A DNA stretch of 64,000 nucleotides from Candidatus Dormiibacterota bacterium (lineage in GTDB: Bacteria > Chloroflexota > Dormibacteria > Aeolococcales > Bog-877). The stretch spans positions 5,218-69,217 of the forward strand of contig DATLRN010000003.1 of assembly GCA_035534695.1 (NCBI GenBank). Reading direction: 5' to 3'. Positions 27,201-35,373 of this stretch are shown here, piece by piece. Below the pieces are notes generated by a model that did no database searches, was not told the DNA's origin, and saw nothing but the letters and a program-made list of their open reading frames with translations. A program made the position numbers and the translations under genes. The stretch's first letter is position 1. Each line of letters starts with the position of its first letter.

Positions 27201-28657
27201 GTCGCTGCCTCGGCGCCTCCGGCGAGAGGGGCGGGTTGCAGCGTCCGAACGTCGACAAAATGCCCATGTAGCGCCGCTGCGGCGGCCATGGGAGGACTGA
27301 CCAAATGGGTCCGTCCACCGGCTCCCTGACGCCCCTCGAAGTTGCGGTTCGAGGTCGATGCGCAGCGTTCGCCCGGCGCCAGCACGTCGGGGTTCATCCC
27401 TAGACACATGGAACAGCCCGGCTCCCGCCACTCGAAGCCGGCCGCAGTGAAGATCCGATTCAACCCCTCCGCCTCGGCGGCGCGCTTGACTGCTTGCGAC
27501 CCGGGGACGACCATAGCCCGCACTCTGGGGTTTACCCGGCCTCCGGCCGCGATAGCCGCGGCCGCGCGGAGATCCTCCAGCCGGCCGTTGGTGCAAGAGC
27601 CGATGAAGACCCGGTCGATAAAGATCTCCTCGATCGCTGTGCCCTCCTGCAATCCCATGTAGTCAAGCGCTCGGGCGGCCTGCTCCCTTTCCGCCTCGCT
27701 GGCGAAATCTCGGACCCGGGGGACGTGCCCGGTTACGGCGGCCACCATCCCGGGATTGGTGCCCCAGGTGACGTGCGGGACCAGCTCGGCCGCTTGGAGG
27801 ACGACCGTGCGGTCGAACCGGGCGCCGTCTTCGGTGGCGAAGTCGAGCCAGGCCTGGGCGGCGCGGTCGAAGTCCCTCCCCGAGCGGGAGCCGGCGCGTC
27901 CCCTCAGGTATTCGACGGTTGTTTCATCCGGGGAAATCAGCCCGGCCCGAGCGCCCGCCTCGATGGTGAGGTTGCAGACGGTGAGGCGCCCCTCCATGGA
28001 GAGACTCCGGATCGCGCTCCCGGTGTACTCGACTACCGTGCCCTGGGCCCCTGCCACACCGACCCTTCCGATGATCGCCAGTGCCATGTCCTTGGCGGTT
28101 ACGCCGAGCGGTAGCTCCCCTTCGACGCGGATTTCCAGCGTCGGTACCGGAGCCTGCCAGAGACATTGACTGGCCAGCACCTGCTCCACTTCGGAGGTCC
28201 CGATTCCGAAGGCCAGAGCACCGAACGCTCCCAAGGTCGAGGTGTGGGAGTCGCCGCAGACGACGGTCATGCCAGGCTGAATAAGCCCCAACTCAGGACC
28301 GATGACGTGGACGATCCCCTGACGCTGATGGTGGAGATCCAGGAGAGGCACAGCCGCGGCCCGACAGTTATCAGCGAGTTGGCGCAGCTGCTCGGCAGCC
28401 ACCAGGTCCGGGGTCGGTCGGCTCCGCTCCCAGGTGGGAACCGTGTGGTCCATCACTGCCAGGGTCAGGTCGGGTCGGCGGACAGACCGGTGCTCGGAGC
28501 GCAGCCCCGCGAAGGCTTGCGGTGAGGTGACCTCGTGGACCAGGTGCAGGTCGATATAGATCAGGGCCCGGGATCTGGGATCGCCACTCACTGCATGCGA
28601 CTCCCAGATCTTCTGGTAGGCGGTGCGGGGAACGGCGGACTGCGAGTACTGATTCAT
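27197..28657 (-). CDS. leuC: 3-isopropylmalate dehydratase large subunit
   Basis: Aconitase-family motifs ([38 protein letters not shown]). Confidence 0.95.
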   Translation of the reverse strand: MNQYSQSAVPRTAYQKIWESHAVSGDPRSRALIYIDLHLVHEVTSPQAFAGLRSEHRSVRRPDLTLAVMDHTVPTWERSRPTPDLVAAEQLRQLADNCRAAAVPLLDLHHQRQGIVHVIGPELGLIQPGMTVVCGDSHTSTLGAFGALAFGIGTSEVEQVLASQCLWQAPVPTLEIRVEGELPLGVTAKDMALAIIGRVGVAGAQGTVVEYTGSAIRSLSMEGRLTVCNLTIEAGARAGLISPDETTVEYLRGRAGSRSGRDFDRAAQAWLDFATEDGARFDRTVVLQAAELVPHVTWGTNPGMVAAVTGHVPRVRDFASEAEREQAARALDYMGLQEGTAIEEIFIDRVFIGSCTNGRLEDLRAAAAIAAGGRVNPRVRAMVVPGSQAVKRAAEAEGLNRIFTAAGFEWREPGCSMCLGMNPDVLAPGERCASTSNRNFEGRQGAGGRTHLVSPPMAAAAALHGHFVDVRTLQPAPLAGGAEAAT

Positions 28658-28685
28658 GCGAGTGGGGAAGGGTCGGGGATCAGGA

Positions 28686-29771
28686 TCATGCTGGGGTCGG
28701 GACCACGAGTCGTTCGAGCACCGCCTCGGTTACTGATTCGGTGGTCGCGCTGCCCCCCAGATCGGGGGTGAGTCTGCCCTCGGCAATCACCCGCCCCACC
28801 GCCTGCTCCACTGCGCTGGCCAACGTCTCTCGATGCAGCGTCAACCGGAGCAGGAGGGCAACTGCCGCGATCGATCCCAGGGGATTGGCGATTCCCCGGC
28901 CGGCGATATCCGGGGCAGACCCGTGCACGGGCTCGTACAGCCAGGGCCCCTCCCCTCCGCCGCTGGCGGAAGGGATGACTCCCAGGGATCCGGTTAGGGC
29001 AGCGGCTTCGTCAGTGAGAATGTCCCCGAAAAGGTTCTCGGTGACCACCACGTCCAGGGTACCGGGCCGCTGCAGCAGGCGCAGCGCAAAGCTGTCCACC
29101 AGGCAGTGGTCAAGAGTCACGTCGGGGAACCTCTCGCCAACTTCAGTCACCACGTCACGCCAGAGTTGGGACGTGGCCATGACGTTGGCCTTGTCCACCG
29201 ACGTGACGTGGGAGCGCCGTTCCTGGGCCAGGCGGAAGGCCATCTCGGCGGTGCGCCGGATCTCGGCCTCGCTGTACTCGCTGGTGTCAACCGCGTGGCG
29301 CCGCGGTGCCTGGCCCGACACCCCCTTGGGCCGGCCGAAATACATCCCCCCGGTTAGCTCGCGAACGAAGAGCAGATCGGCGCCCAGAACCACTTCCGGG
29401 CGCAGGGTGCTGTGCTCCTCCAAGCCTGGCCAGACTCGGATCGGGCGCAGGTTAGCGAATGCCTCCAGGCCCGCCCGCAGCCGGAGCAGACCAGCCTCCG
29501 GCCTGACCGGCGCGTGGTCCCAGGCTGGTCCCCCGACGGCGCCGAGAAGGACGGCATCAGAGCGGCGCGCGGCCTCCAGGCTCTCCTTAGGCAGGGGTTC
29601 GCCAGTCGCGTCGAGGGCGGCCCCCCCTATTAGATAGGGAGTCGCCAAAAGGTCGACTCCCTCCGACTGCAGCGAAATTTCCAGCACTCGGAGCGCAGCA
29701 GCAGTTACCTCCGGCCCCACCCCGTCGCCGGGAAGCACCGCTAGCCGAAAGGGCGTGGGCGCGGCGGTCAC
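28686..29771 (-). CDS. leuB: 3-isopropylmalate dehydrogenase
   Basis: [10 protein letters not shown] start, [20 protein letters not shown] motifs. GTG 29771 overlaps the upstream stop (GTGA). Confidence 0.95.
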   Translation of the reverse strand: MTAAPTPFRLAVLPGDGVGPEVTAAALRVLEISLQSEGVDLLATPYLIGGAALDATGEPLPKESLEAARRSDAVLLGAVGGPAWDHAPVRPEAGLLRLRAGLEAFANLRPIRVWPGLEEHSTLRPEVVLGADLLFVRELTGGMYFGRPKGVSGQAPRRHAVDTSEYSEAEIRRTAEMAFRLAQERRSHVTSVDKANVMATSQLWRDVVTEVGERFPDVTLDHCLVDSFALRLLQRPGTLDVVVTENLFGDILTDEAAALTGSLGVIPSASGGGEGPWLYEPVHGSAPDIAGRGIANPLGSIAAVALLLRLTLHRETLASAVEQAVGRVIAEGRLTPDLGGSATTESVTEAVLERLVVPTPA

Positions 29772-31009
29772 GCTGGCGTCGGACCCAGGACCGCCTCAGC
29801 GGTGGCGACCTCACCGACGATCCGGGCTAGGGTCTCGTCTTCGACTTCCTTGGTACTGTCGGCCACCTCCAGGAAGCGGACCCAGACGGCCTGGAAGGAG
29901 CCAGGCGAGAGATCGACTCCGATCCGGTCCAGTCGATGGCGCAGCGCGTGCCGCCCGGAGCGGGCGGTAAGGACGATCCTGGAAGCTCCAGCGCCGACGT
30001 CCTCGGCGGCGATGATCTCGTAGGTTCGGCGGTCGCGCAACACCCCGTGCTGATGCACTCCTGAGGCATGGGCGAAGGCGTTGGTTCCGACCACCGGCTT
30101 GTTGGCGGGCACCACCATCCCGGTCAGCTCGGCGACCAGCCGGCTGGTCGGAACCAGTTCGGTAGCGCAGAGGTTGTCAGCCAGCCCAAGTACGGGACGG
30201 CGCACCCGAAGGGCCATCAAGATCTCCTCGATCGAGGCGTTGCCGGCCCGCTCGCCGATCCCATTGATGCAGCCCTCCACTCTCCTGGCCCCGGCCGCGA
30301 TTCCCGCCAGAGAGTTAGCCGTCGCCAGTCCGAGATCATCATGACAGTGGACGCTGATGAGCACCCTCTCCATGCCCCCTACCTGGCTACGCACCGTGGC
30401 CACCAGATTCTGGAACTCGCTGGGCAGACAGTAGCCGGTGGTGTCGGGCAGGTTGATCACCGTCGCCCCCGCATCGACCGCGGCTTGGACCACCGTGCAG
30501 AGATAGTCGAGGTCGGCACGGCCGGCGTCCTGGGGGGAGAACTGAACCGTCTCGCAGAGGGATCTGGCATACCCGACTGCGTCCACCGTCTGGGCCAAGA
30601 CGGTGGCGCGATCTAGGCCCATCATCTTGGTGATGTGGATGTCGGAGACGCTCATGAAGATGTGGATCAAATGGCGGGGGGCGTCGCGCACGGCCTGATG
30701 GACGGCATCGATATCTGCCCGCTTGGTTCGCGCCAATCCGGTAATCGCCGGCCCTTCGACCTCCCGGGCGATCTGCTGTACCGCCTCGAAGTCCCCCTGA
30801 GAGGAGGCCGGAAAACCGGCCTCGATGACGTCGACCTGAAGCCGCGCCAGCTGCCGCGCGATCAGCAGCTTGTCGGCTGGATGCAGGGTTGCGCCAGGGC
30901 ATTGCTCGCCGTCGCGCAAGGTGGTGTCGAGGAACTGCACCACGTCGGACGCGCTGCCCAGGGAGCCAGGTGGATTGGCTCCGGCTCCTGAACCATTCCC
31001 TCCGGTCAC
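29768..31009 (-). CDS. leuA: 2-isopropylmalate synthase / citramalate synthase family protein, short form (413 aa)
   Basis: [34 protein letters not shown] motifs. GTG 31009 overlaps the ilvC stop (GTGA). The protein ends shortly after the ..[11 protein letters not shown].. subdomain, with no room for a LeuA-type C-terminal regulatory domain. Confidence 0.85.
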   Translation of the reverse strand: MTGGNGSGAGANPPGSLGSASDVVQFLDTTLRDGEQCPGATLHPADKLLIARQLARLQVDVIEAGFPASSQGDFEAVQQIAREVEGPAITGLARTKRADIDAVHQAVRDAPRHLIHIFMSVSDIHITKMMGLDRATVLAQTVDAVGYARSLCETVQFSPQDAGRADLDYLCTVVQAAVDAGATVINLPDTTGYCLPSEFQNLVATVRSQVGGMERVLISVHCHDDLGLATANSLAGIAAGARRVEGCINGIGERAGNASIEEILMALRVRRPVLGLADNLCATELVPTSRLVAELTGMVVPANKPVVGTNAFAHASGVHQHGVLRDRRTYEIIAAEDVGAGASRIVLTARSGRHALRHRLDRIGVDLSPGSFQAVWVRFLEVADSTKEVEDETLARIVGEVATAEAVLGPTPA

Positions 31010-32061
31010 GAGCCCACCCCCACTCCCCGGCCAGACGGAACCGCGCCGGCCGCCTCGGTCGGCGCCGCCACCACCGGGTGGATCCAAGGCATATGCGAGC
31101 GCAGCTCTCGACCCACCTTCTCGATCTGATGGTCCGCTTCGCTGGCCCGCCACTCCAGAAATGACCGACGGCCGCTCCTGTTCTCGTCGATCCAGGTCTC
31201 AGCGAAGCTACCGTCCTGGATTTGGCCCAGGATCTCCCGCATCCGTTTCCGGACGTGCTCGTCGATGACCACTTTGCCTTTGCTGTAGTCGCCGAATTCG
31301 GCAGTGTCGCTGACGCTGTAGCGCATCAGCGAGAGGCCACCCTGGTACATCAGGTCGACAATCAGCTTCAGCTCGTGGAGGCATTCGAAGTAGGCCAGCT
31401 CGGGCTGGTAGCCAGCTTCGGTCAGGGTCTCGAAGCCGGCCTTGACCAACTCGCTTACGCCGCCGCACAGCACCGCCTGTTCACCGAAGAGATCGGTTTC
31501 CGTCTCCTCGCGGAACGTCGTCTCCAGTACCCCGGCCCGAGTCGCTCCCAGTCCTCTTGCGTAGGCGAGGGTGCGCTCCTTGGCTCGCCCAGTCGTGTCC
31601 TGGTGTATGGCCAGCAGGGCGGGGCAGCCGATTCCCTCCTTGAAACAGGAGCGGACCATGTGACCGGGGGCCTTGGGAGCCACCATTGCGACGTCGCAAT
31701 GTCGGGGCGGCTGCACGGTACCGAAGTGGATCGAGAAGCCGTGAGCGAAGAGCAGTAGAGCTCCTGGCCTGATCGCCCCTCCCAGACCACTGGCGAAGAG
31801 CTGCGCCTGCTCGTGGTCGGGAATGAGGACCATGACCACTTCGGCGTGCCGAACGGCCTCGACAGCCTCCAGGACCTCGAAGCCGTCCGAGGCGGCAACC
31901 TGGCGGCTGCGGCTTTCGGGGCGCAGCCCGACTGTCACGTGGTAGCCGCTATCGCGCAGGTTCTGGGCGTGGGCATGACCTTGGCTGCCGTATCCGAGGA
32001 CGGCGATCCGAGCTCCATCGAGGGAACTCGGATCGGCATCCTCGTCGTAGTACATCTTCAT
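31006..32061 (-). CDS. ilvC: Ketol-acid reductoisomerase
   Basis: [37 protein letters not shown]. The start is set at ATG 32061 with GGGAG 8-9 nt upstream. The track TTG 32070 start is less likely. Confidence 0.95.
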   Translation of the reverse strand: MKMYYDEDADPSSLDGARIAVLGYGSQGHAHAQNLRDSGYHVTVGLRPESRSRQVAASDGFEVLEAVEAVRHAEVVMVLIPDHEQAQLFASGLGGAIRPGALLLFAHGFSIHFGTVQPPRHCDVAMVAPKAPGHMVRSCFKEGIGCPALLAIHQDTTGRAKERTLAYARGLGATRAGVLETTFREETETDLFGEQAVLCGGVSELVKAGFETLTEAGYQPELAYFECLHELKLIVDLMYQGGLSLMRYSVSDTAEFGDYSKGKVVIDEHVRKRMREILGQIQDGSFAETWIDENRSGRRSFLEWRASEADHQIEKVGRELRSHMPWIHPVVAAPTEAAGAVPSGRGVGVGS

Positions 32062-32066
32062 TTCGC

Positions 32067-32660
32067 TCAACTCCCTTGCCGGTCGCGGCCGGTACCCGGG
32101 GTGGACCCATCGGCGGAGGCGACGGCGAGGGCCAGTGGGCCGCCGCAGATCCAGGTGGAACTAGGCCGCAGCCGCAGTTCCCTCAGGCCCGCCTCGACGG
32201 CGCCCGGAGGGCCGCCCACGGCGACGATAGTCCGGAAGCCTGACTGCCGGACCACCTGCGTGACGACGGGTTCAGGCAACTGCTCCAGGGTGGCTGCCAA
32301 CTCGTCGGAGCCCAGGTCGACCAGGGCTGATGCCCACTCCACGGTGGTGGCGTGAGTGATGTCCTCAGCGCTGACCACGTCGATCAGCTTGGCCAGCTGC
32401 TTGACGATCTGGTCAGGGGCCTGAGTTCCGGCATCGATGCGCAGGCTCATGGCCACCACTCCGGCTTCGGCACTGGCGCCCACGGCACAGGCCTCAATCC
32501 CGAAGCCGCGCCGTCCCAGCAGGTTGGTCACTCGTTGCAGAACTCCGCGGCGATCCTCGACGCGGACCGAGATGACCCGGATCCGGGCCGGGTGGCGGGT
32601 GGTGGTGAGCCCGTCTCTACCAGGGGCCTGCCGGGTCTGGGGGGTCGTCTGAGGAGCCAT
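32067..32660 (-). CDS. ilvN: Acetolactate synthase small (regulatory) subunit
   Basis: ACT domain [28 protein letters not shown]. The start overlaps the ilvB stop by 1 nt. Confidence 0.85.
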   Translation of the reverse strand: MAPQTTPQTRQAPGRDGLTTTRHPARIRVISVRVEDRRGVLQRVTNLLGRRGFGIEACAVGASAEAGVVAMSLRIDAGTQAPDQIVKQLAKLIDVVSAEDITHATTVEWASALVDLGSDELAATLEQLPEPVVTQVVRQSGFRTIVAVGGPPGAVEAGLRELRLRPSSTWICGGPLALAVASADGSTPGTGRDRQGS

Positions 32661-34396
32661 CAGGCCTGGGAGTACTCGATGAAGTCGGGCAATCCCAGAC
32701 CGAGAGGGACGATCGGGTATACGTTGGCGCCGGGATCAATCCGGAAGTCGACCACTGCCGGACCCTGGTGGGCAAACGCGGCGTCGAGGGCGGGACCGAT
32801 CTCGGCTACCTGCTCGACCACCGCTCCGAAGCAGCCGAAGGCCTTGGCCAGGAGCACAAAGTCTGGAGTCAGGTGGTGATCGACCTGGGAGCGGACCCCG
32901 CCGTAGAAATCGTCCTGGAACTGGCGGACCATGCCCAGGTGACGGTTGTTGAGAACCACTGCCTTGACCGGGAGGCGCGCCTCGACGGCAGTCGCCAACT
33001 CCTGCAGTGTCATGACGAAGCCACCCTCGCCGCTGACGCTGAGAACGGTGCGCTCAGGATGGGCGGCCTGAGCTCCAATCGCTGCCGGCAGGGCGTATCC
33101 CATTGTCCCTTGGCCGCCAGAATTGAGGAACTTTCCTGGTTCCGCTCCGGCCCAGGCCACGGCCGCCCAGATCTGATTCAGGCCGACATCAGCGACCGTG
33201 ATGTCACCGGGACCGAGCCGGGCATAGCAGGCGGCCAGCACCTCCTGGGGTTGGAGCAGGCCGTTGCTGGGGTAGCGCAGGGGGTGCAGTTCCCGCCAGA
33301 GGGCGACTTGGGCCCGCCAGGCGGGACGCTGCCGAGTGGGAATCTGGACTGCCAACTCGGCGAGAACGGTGCAGGCGTCGCCGACGACCTGGCAGTCGGC
33401 TTTCACCGTCTTGCCCAGCTCGGCGGGGTCGATATTGATGTGGATGATGTGGCGCGCCCTGGGGGCGAACTGGTCGAGACGGCATGTGACCCGGTCATCC
33501 GCTCGCATCCCCACCATCAGCAGCACGTCGCAGTCAGTGACGGCCTGGTTGCAATAGCCGGTGCCCATGAAGCCCACCAGGCCGAGAGCCAGGGGGTGGG
33601 TGCTAGGGAAGACCCCTGTCCCAAGGAGAGTGGTGCCCACCGGAGCATCACAGATCTCGGCCAGCTCTCTCAGCGCGCCTTGGCCCGCCGCGATGGCAAC
33701 TCCCCGACCGGCCAGGATCATGGGCCGTTCTGCCGCGGCCAGGAATCCCGCCGCTTGGGCGATCTGCGCCTGCGCCGGCTGTTCCGGGGCGCGATGGGGC
33801 CTCTGCCGCCGGATCGGCTCTGCTGACTCGGTAGCCAGCTGCTGCTGAACGTCCCTGGGGATGTCGATGAGTACCACTCCTGGACGCCCGGTGCGGGCGA
33901 TGTGGAAGGCCTCAGCGACCACTCCTGGGATCTCGGTAGCATCGAGAATCTGGTAGCTGTGCTTGGTCACGGAGAGACTGGAGCCGATCACGTCCGACTC
34001 CTGGAATGCGTCCGTGCCGATGGCCGCCGCTGGCACCTGACCGGTGATCGCTACCACCGGGACCGAATCAAAATGCGCTGTGGCCAGCCCCGTGATCAGG
34101 TTGAGGGCGCCCGGTCCAGAGGTCGCCAGGCACACACCAACCCTTCCACTGGCCCGTGCGTAACCGTCAGCCATGTGGGCGGCACCCTGCTCATGACGAA
34201 CCAAGATGTGTCGCAGGGGGAAATCAGGCAGGTGCTGGTAGATGGGGAGATTGGCTCCTCCCGGGATACCGAACACCGTGTCCACTCCCTCCTTGATCAG
34301 GGCGGCGAGCAGCAACTCCGCACCGGTGGACTCCGGGGTGAGGTTCACCTTGGGTGCGCGGGTGGTCGCTCGATCTATGCGGGTAGCGACGGTCAT
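32660..34396 (-). CDS. ilvB: Acetolactate synthase large subunit
   Basis: ThDP-enzyme motifs (GVDTVFGIPGG, GPGALN, GGQGTMGYALPAAIGA, ..NNRHLGMVRQ..). No SD is visible in the 11 nt separating it from the upstream small ORF. Confidence 0.95.
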   Translation of the reverse strand: MTVATRIDRATTRAPKVNLTPESTGAELLLAALIKEGVDTVFGIPGGANLPIYQHLPDFPLRHILVRHEQGAAHMADGYARASGRVGVCLATSGPGALNLITGLATAHFDSVPVVAITGQVPAAAIGTDAFQESDVIGSSLSVTKHSYQILDATEIPGVVAEAFHIARTGRPGVVLIDIPRDVQQQLATESAEPIRRQRPHRAPEQPAQAQIAQAAGFLAAAERPMILAGRGVAIAAGQGALRELAEICDAPVGTTLLGTGVFPSTHPLALGLVGFMGTGYCNQAVTDCDVLLMVGMRADDRVTCRLDQFAPRARHIIHINIDPAELGKTVKADCQVVGDACTVLAELAVQIPTRQRPAWRAQVALWRELHPLRYPSNGLLQPQEVLAACYARLGPGDITVADVGLNQIWAAVAWAGAEPGKFLNSGGQGTMGYALPAAIGAQAAHPERTVLSVSGEGGFVMTLQELATAVEARLPVKAVVLNNRHLGMVRQFQDDFYGGVRSQVDHHLTPDFVLLAKAFGCFGAVVEQVAEIGPALDAAFAHQGPAVVDFRIDPGANVYPIVPLGLGLPDFIEYSQA

Positions 34397-34407
34397 CTGC
34401 GAACAGC

Positions 34408-34599
34408 TCAGTCCGCGCCGTAGGCCTGGCCAATGGCCGCGGTTACCGCCGCGTCGGCGGCGAGGTTGCGCAGCGGCCGCGCCGGGTCTGCCGCGCTCTG
34501 TCGGGTCACCCAGTTGCGACCCGCCTCGTCGAGGTGGATGTCCTCAGGGATGTCGTCGGGAGGGCCGGCCGTGCCGGTTCGGGTGGCGGAATCGGTCAT
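34408..34599 (-). CDS. Small acidic hypothetical protein (63 aa), first cistron after the ilv attenuator
   Basis: ATG 34599 is preceded by GAGGAG 7 nt upstream. GC3 is strongly coding-like. The stop lies 11 nt before the ilvB ATG. I recognise no family. Confidence 0.5.
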   Translation of the reverse strand: MTDSATRTGTAGPPDDIPEDIHLDEAGRNWVTRQSAADPARPLRNLAADAAVTAAIGQAYGAD

Positions 34600-34652
34600 C
34601 TGTCTTCTCCTCGAAGTCGGCGGTTGCAGTGGGGCGTGACACTCCGATGGGT

Positions 34653-34687
34653 AAAAAAAACGGCCCCCCGGGGTTTCCGGGGGGCCG
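34653..34687 (-). terminator. Intrinsic terminator (attenuator terminator upstream of ilvB)
   Basis: On the minus strand: CGGCCCCCCGG (34687-34677), loop AAACC, CCGGGGGGCCG (34671-34661). This is a perfect 11-bp GC stem followed by T8 (34660-34653). Confidence 0.7.
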
Positions 34688-34712
34688 GTGATCTCGCCAG
34701 GTCGCGCAGACG

Positions 34713-34796
34713 CTAGCTGATCAGCCCTCCGGGAATTAGGACTACTAGGACCTGTAGGTCCTCGGCGATCAGCTGGACGCGCTCAACTTGAGGCAA
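34713..34796 (-). promoter_or_regulatory. Candidate ilv leader peptide ORF (27 codons) with a Val-Leu-Val-Val-Leu-Ile run
   Basis: Frame TTG(34796)..TAG(34715-34713) reads MPQVERVQLIAEDLQVLVVLIPGGLIS. The run GTC CTA GTA GTC CTA ATT (34751-34734) uses A/T-ending codons that look rare in this window. The only start-like codon in frame is TTG and it has no SD, so the start is unresolved. Confidence 0.4.
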
Positions 34797-34805
34797 AGTG
34801 ACGCC

Positions 34806-34834
34806 AGTATGCGGGCCACCCTGGCCAATGTCAA
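34806..34834 (-). promoter_or_regulatory. Candidate sigma-70-type promoter of the ilv leader
   Basis: Minus strand: TTGACA (34834-34829), 17 nt spacer, CATACT (34811-34806). Confidence 0.4.
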
Positions 34835-34913
34835 GTCGCGGATTGGTACCAGATAGCCCGGTGTCGGCCCCAACCGAGGTAGCCGGTTGAGCTGAGGGTC
34901 AGCCAGACCGGCG

Positions 34914-35300
34914 CTAGTGCGGGGAAACCACCACCGCACTTTCGCCAGGCAATTCCTGCATTTCCAGGGACTCTGGCAGCTGCAGAGGAGCTCGCACGAG
35001 CGTCTCTACCAGGCCCGGGAAGGCCGCATCTATCTCGGCCCGGCGCAGTGTCGTCAGCCTCCGAGTCCCCTCAGATCTTTGCTCGATGAGGCCGGCCTCG
35101 CGAAGCACCCGCAGGTGGTGGCTCAACGTGGACTTGGTCACCGGTACTTGAAAACTACCGCAGCAGATGGGTTCGTCGTTGCTGGCCAGCGAGCGCACCA
35201 TCGCCAGCCGCACCGGGTCGGCCATCGCCTGAAGCACAGTGGCAATGTCGGCGACCGGACCGATCGGATCGGTGGCAGCAAGGGGGTCGTGGCCGTTCAT
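34914..35300 (-). CDS. ArsR/SmtB family transcriptional regulator
   Basis: ..LQAMADPVRLAMVRSL...VTKSTLSHHLRVLREAGLIEQR.. winged-HTH signature. Confidence 0.85.
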   Translation of the reverse strand: MNGHDPLAATDPIGPVADIATVLQAMADPVRLAMVRSLASNDEPICCGSFQVPVTKSTLSHHLRVLREAGLIEQRSEGTRRLTTLRRAEIDAAFPGLVETLVRAPLQLPESLEMQELPGESAVVVSPH

Positions 35301-35345
35301 TGTTTGACATCCATCGAACTATTGTAGTACGATCCACGTCAAACA
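35301..35345. promoter_or_regulatory. Nested palindromes and promoter in the arsR/MFS divergent region (candidate ArsR operator)
   Basis: Outer inverted repeat TGTTTGAC (35301-35308) / GTCAAACA (35338-35345). Inner palindrome ATCGAACTA-TTG-TAGTACGAT (35313-35333, 1 mismatch). On the + strand, TTGACA (35304-35309), 18 nt spacer, TACGAT (35328-35333). Confidence 0.4.
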
Positions 35346-35373
35346 TACCACTTTGGAGGGCAGGCGACCACAT

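Noticed and set aside
26580-27596. N-terminally extended ORF-track versions of leuD. The same applies to 29768..31153 leuA, 42620..43834 cysD, 38694..39689 pheA, 46280..47260 SBP, 47311..48117 VOC, 14851..16449 ask and 8662..9954 permease
   Set aside because: The extensions read back into the preceding gene and are Arg/Pro-rich. Internal starts give canonical N-termini, usually with stop/start overlaps or an SD.
34653-34687. Reading the GC-stem/T8 hairpin simply as the terminator of arsR
   Set aside because: It lies about 225 nt beyond the arsR stop and downstream of a good promoter-like element and the BCAA-codon run, so an attenuator role fits better. It may still also stop arsR read-through, and the two roles are not exclusive.
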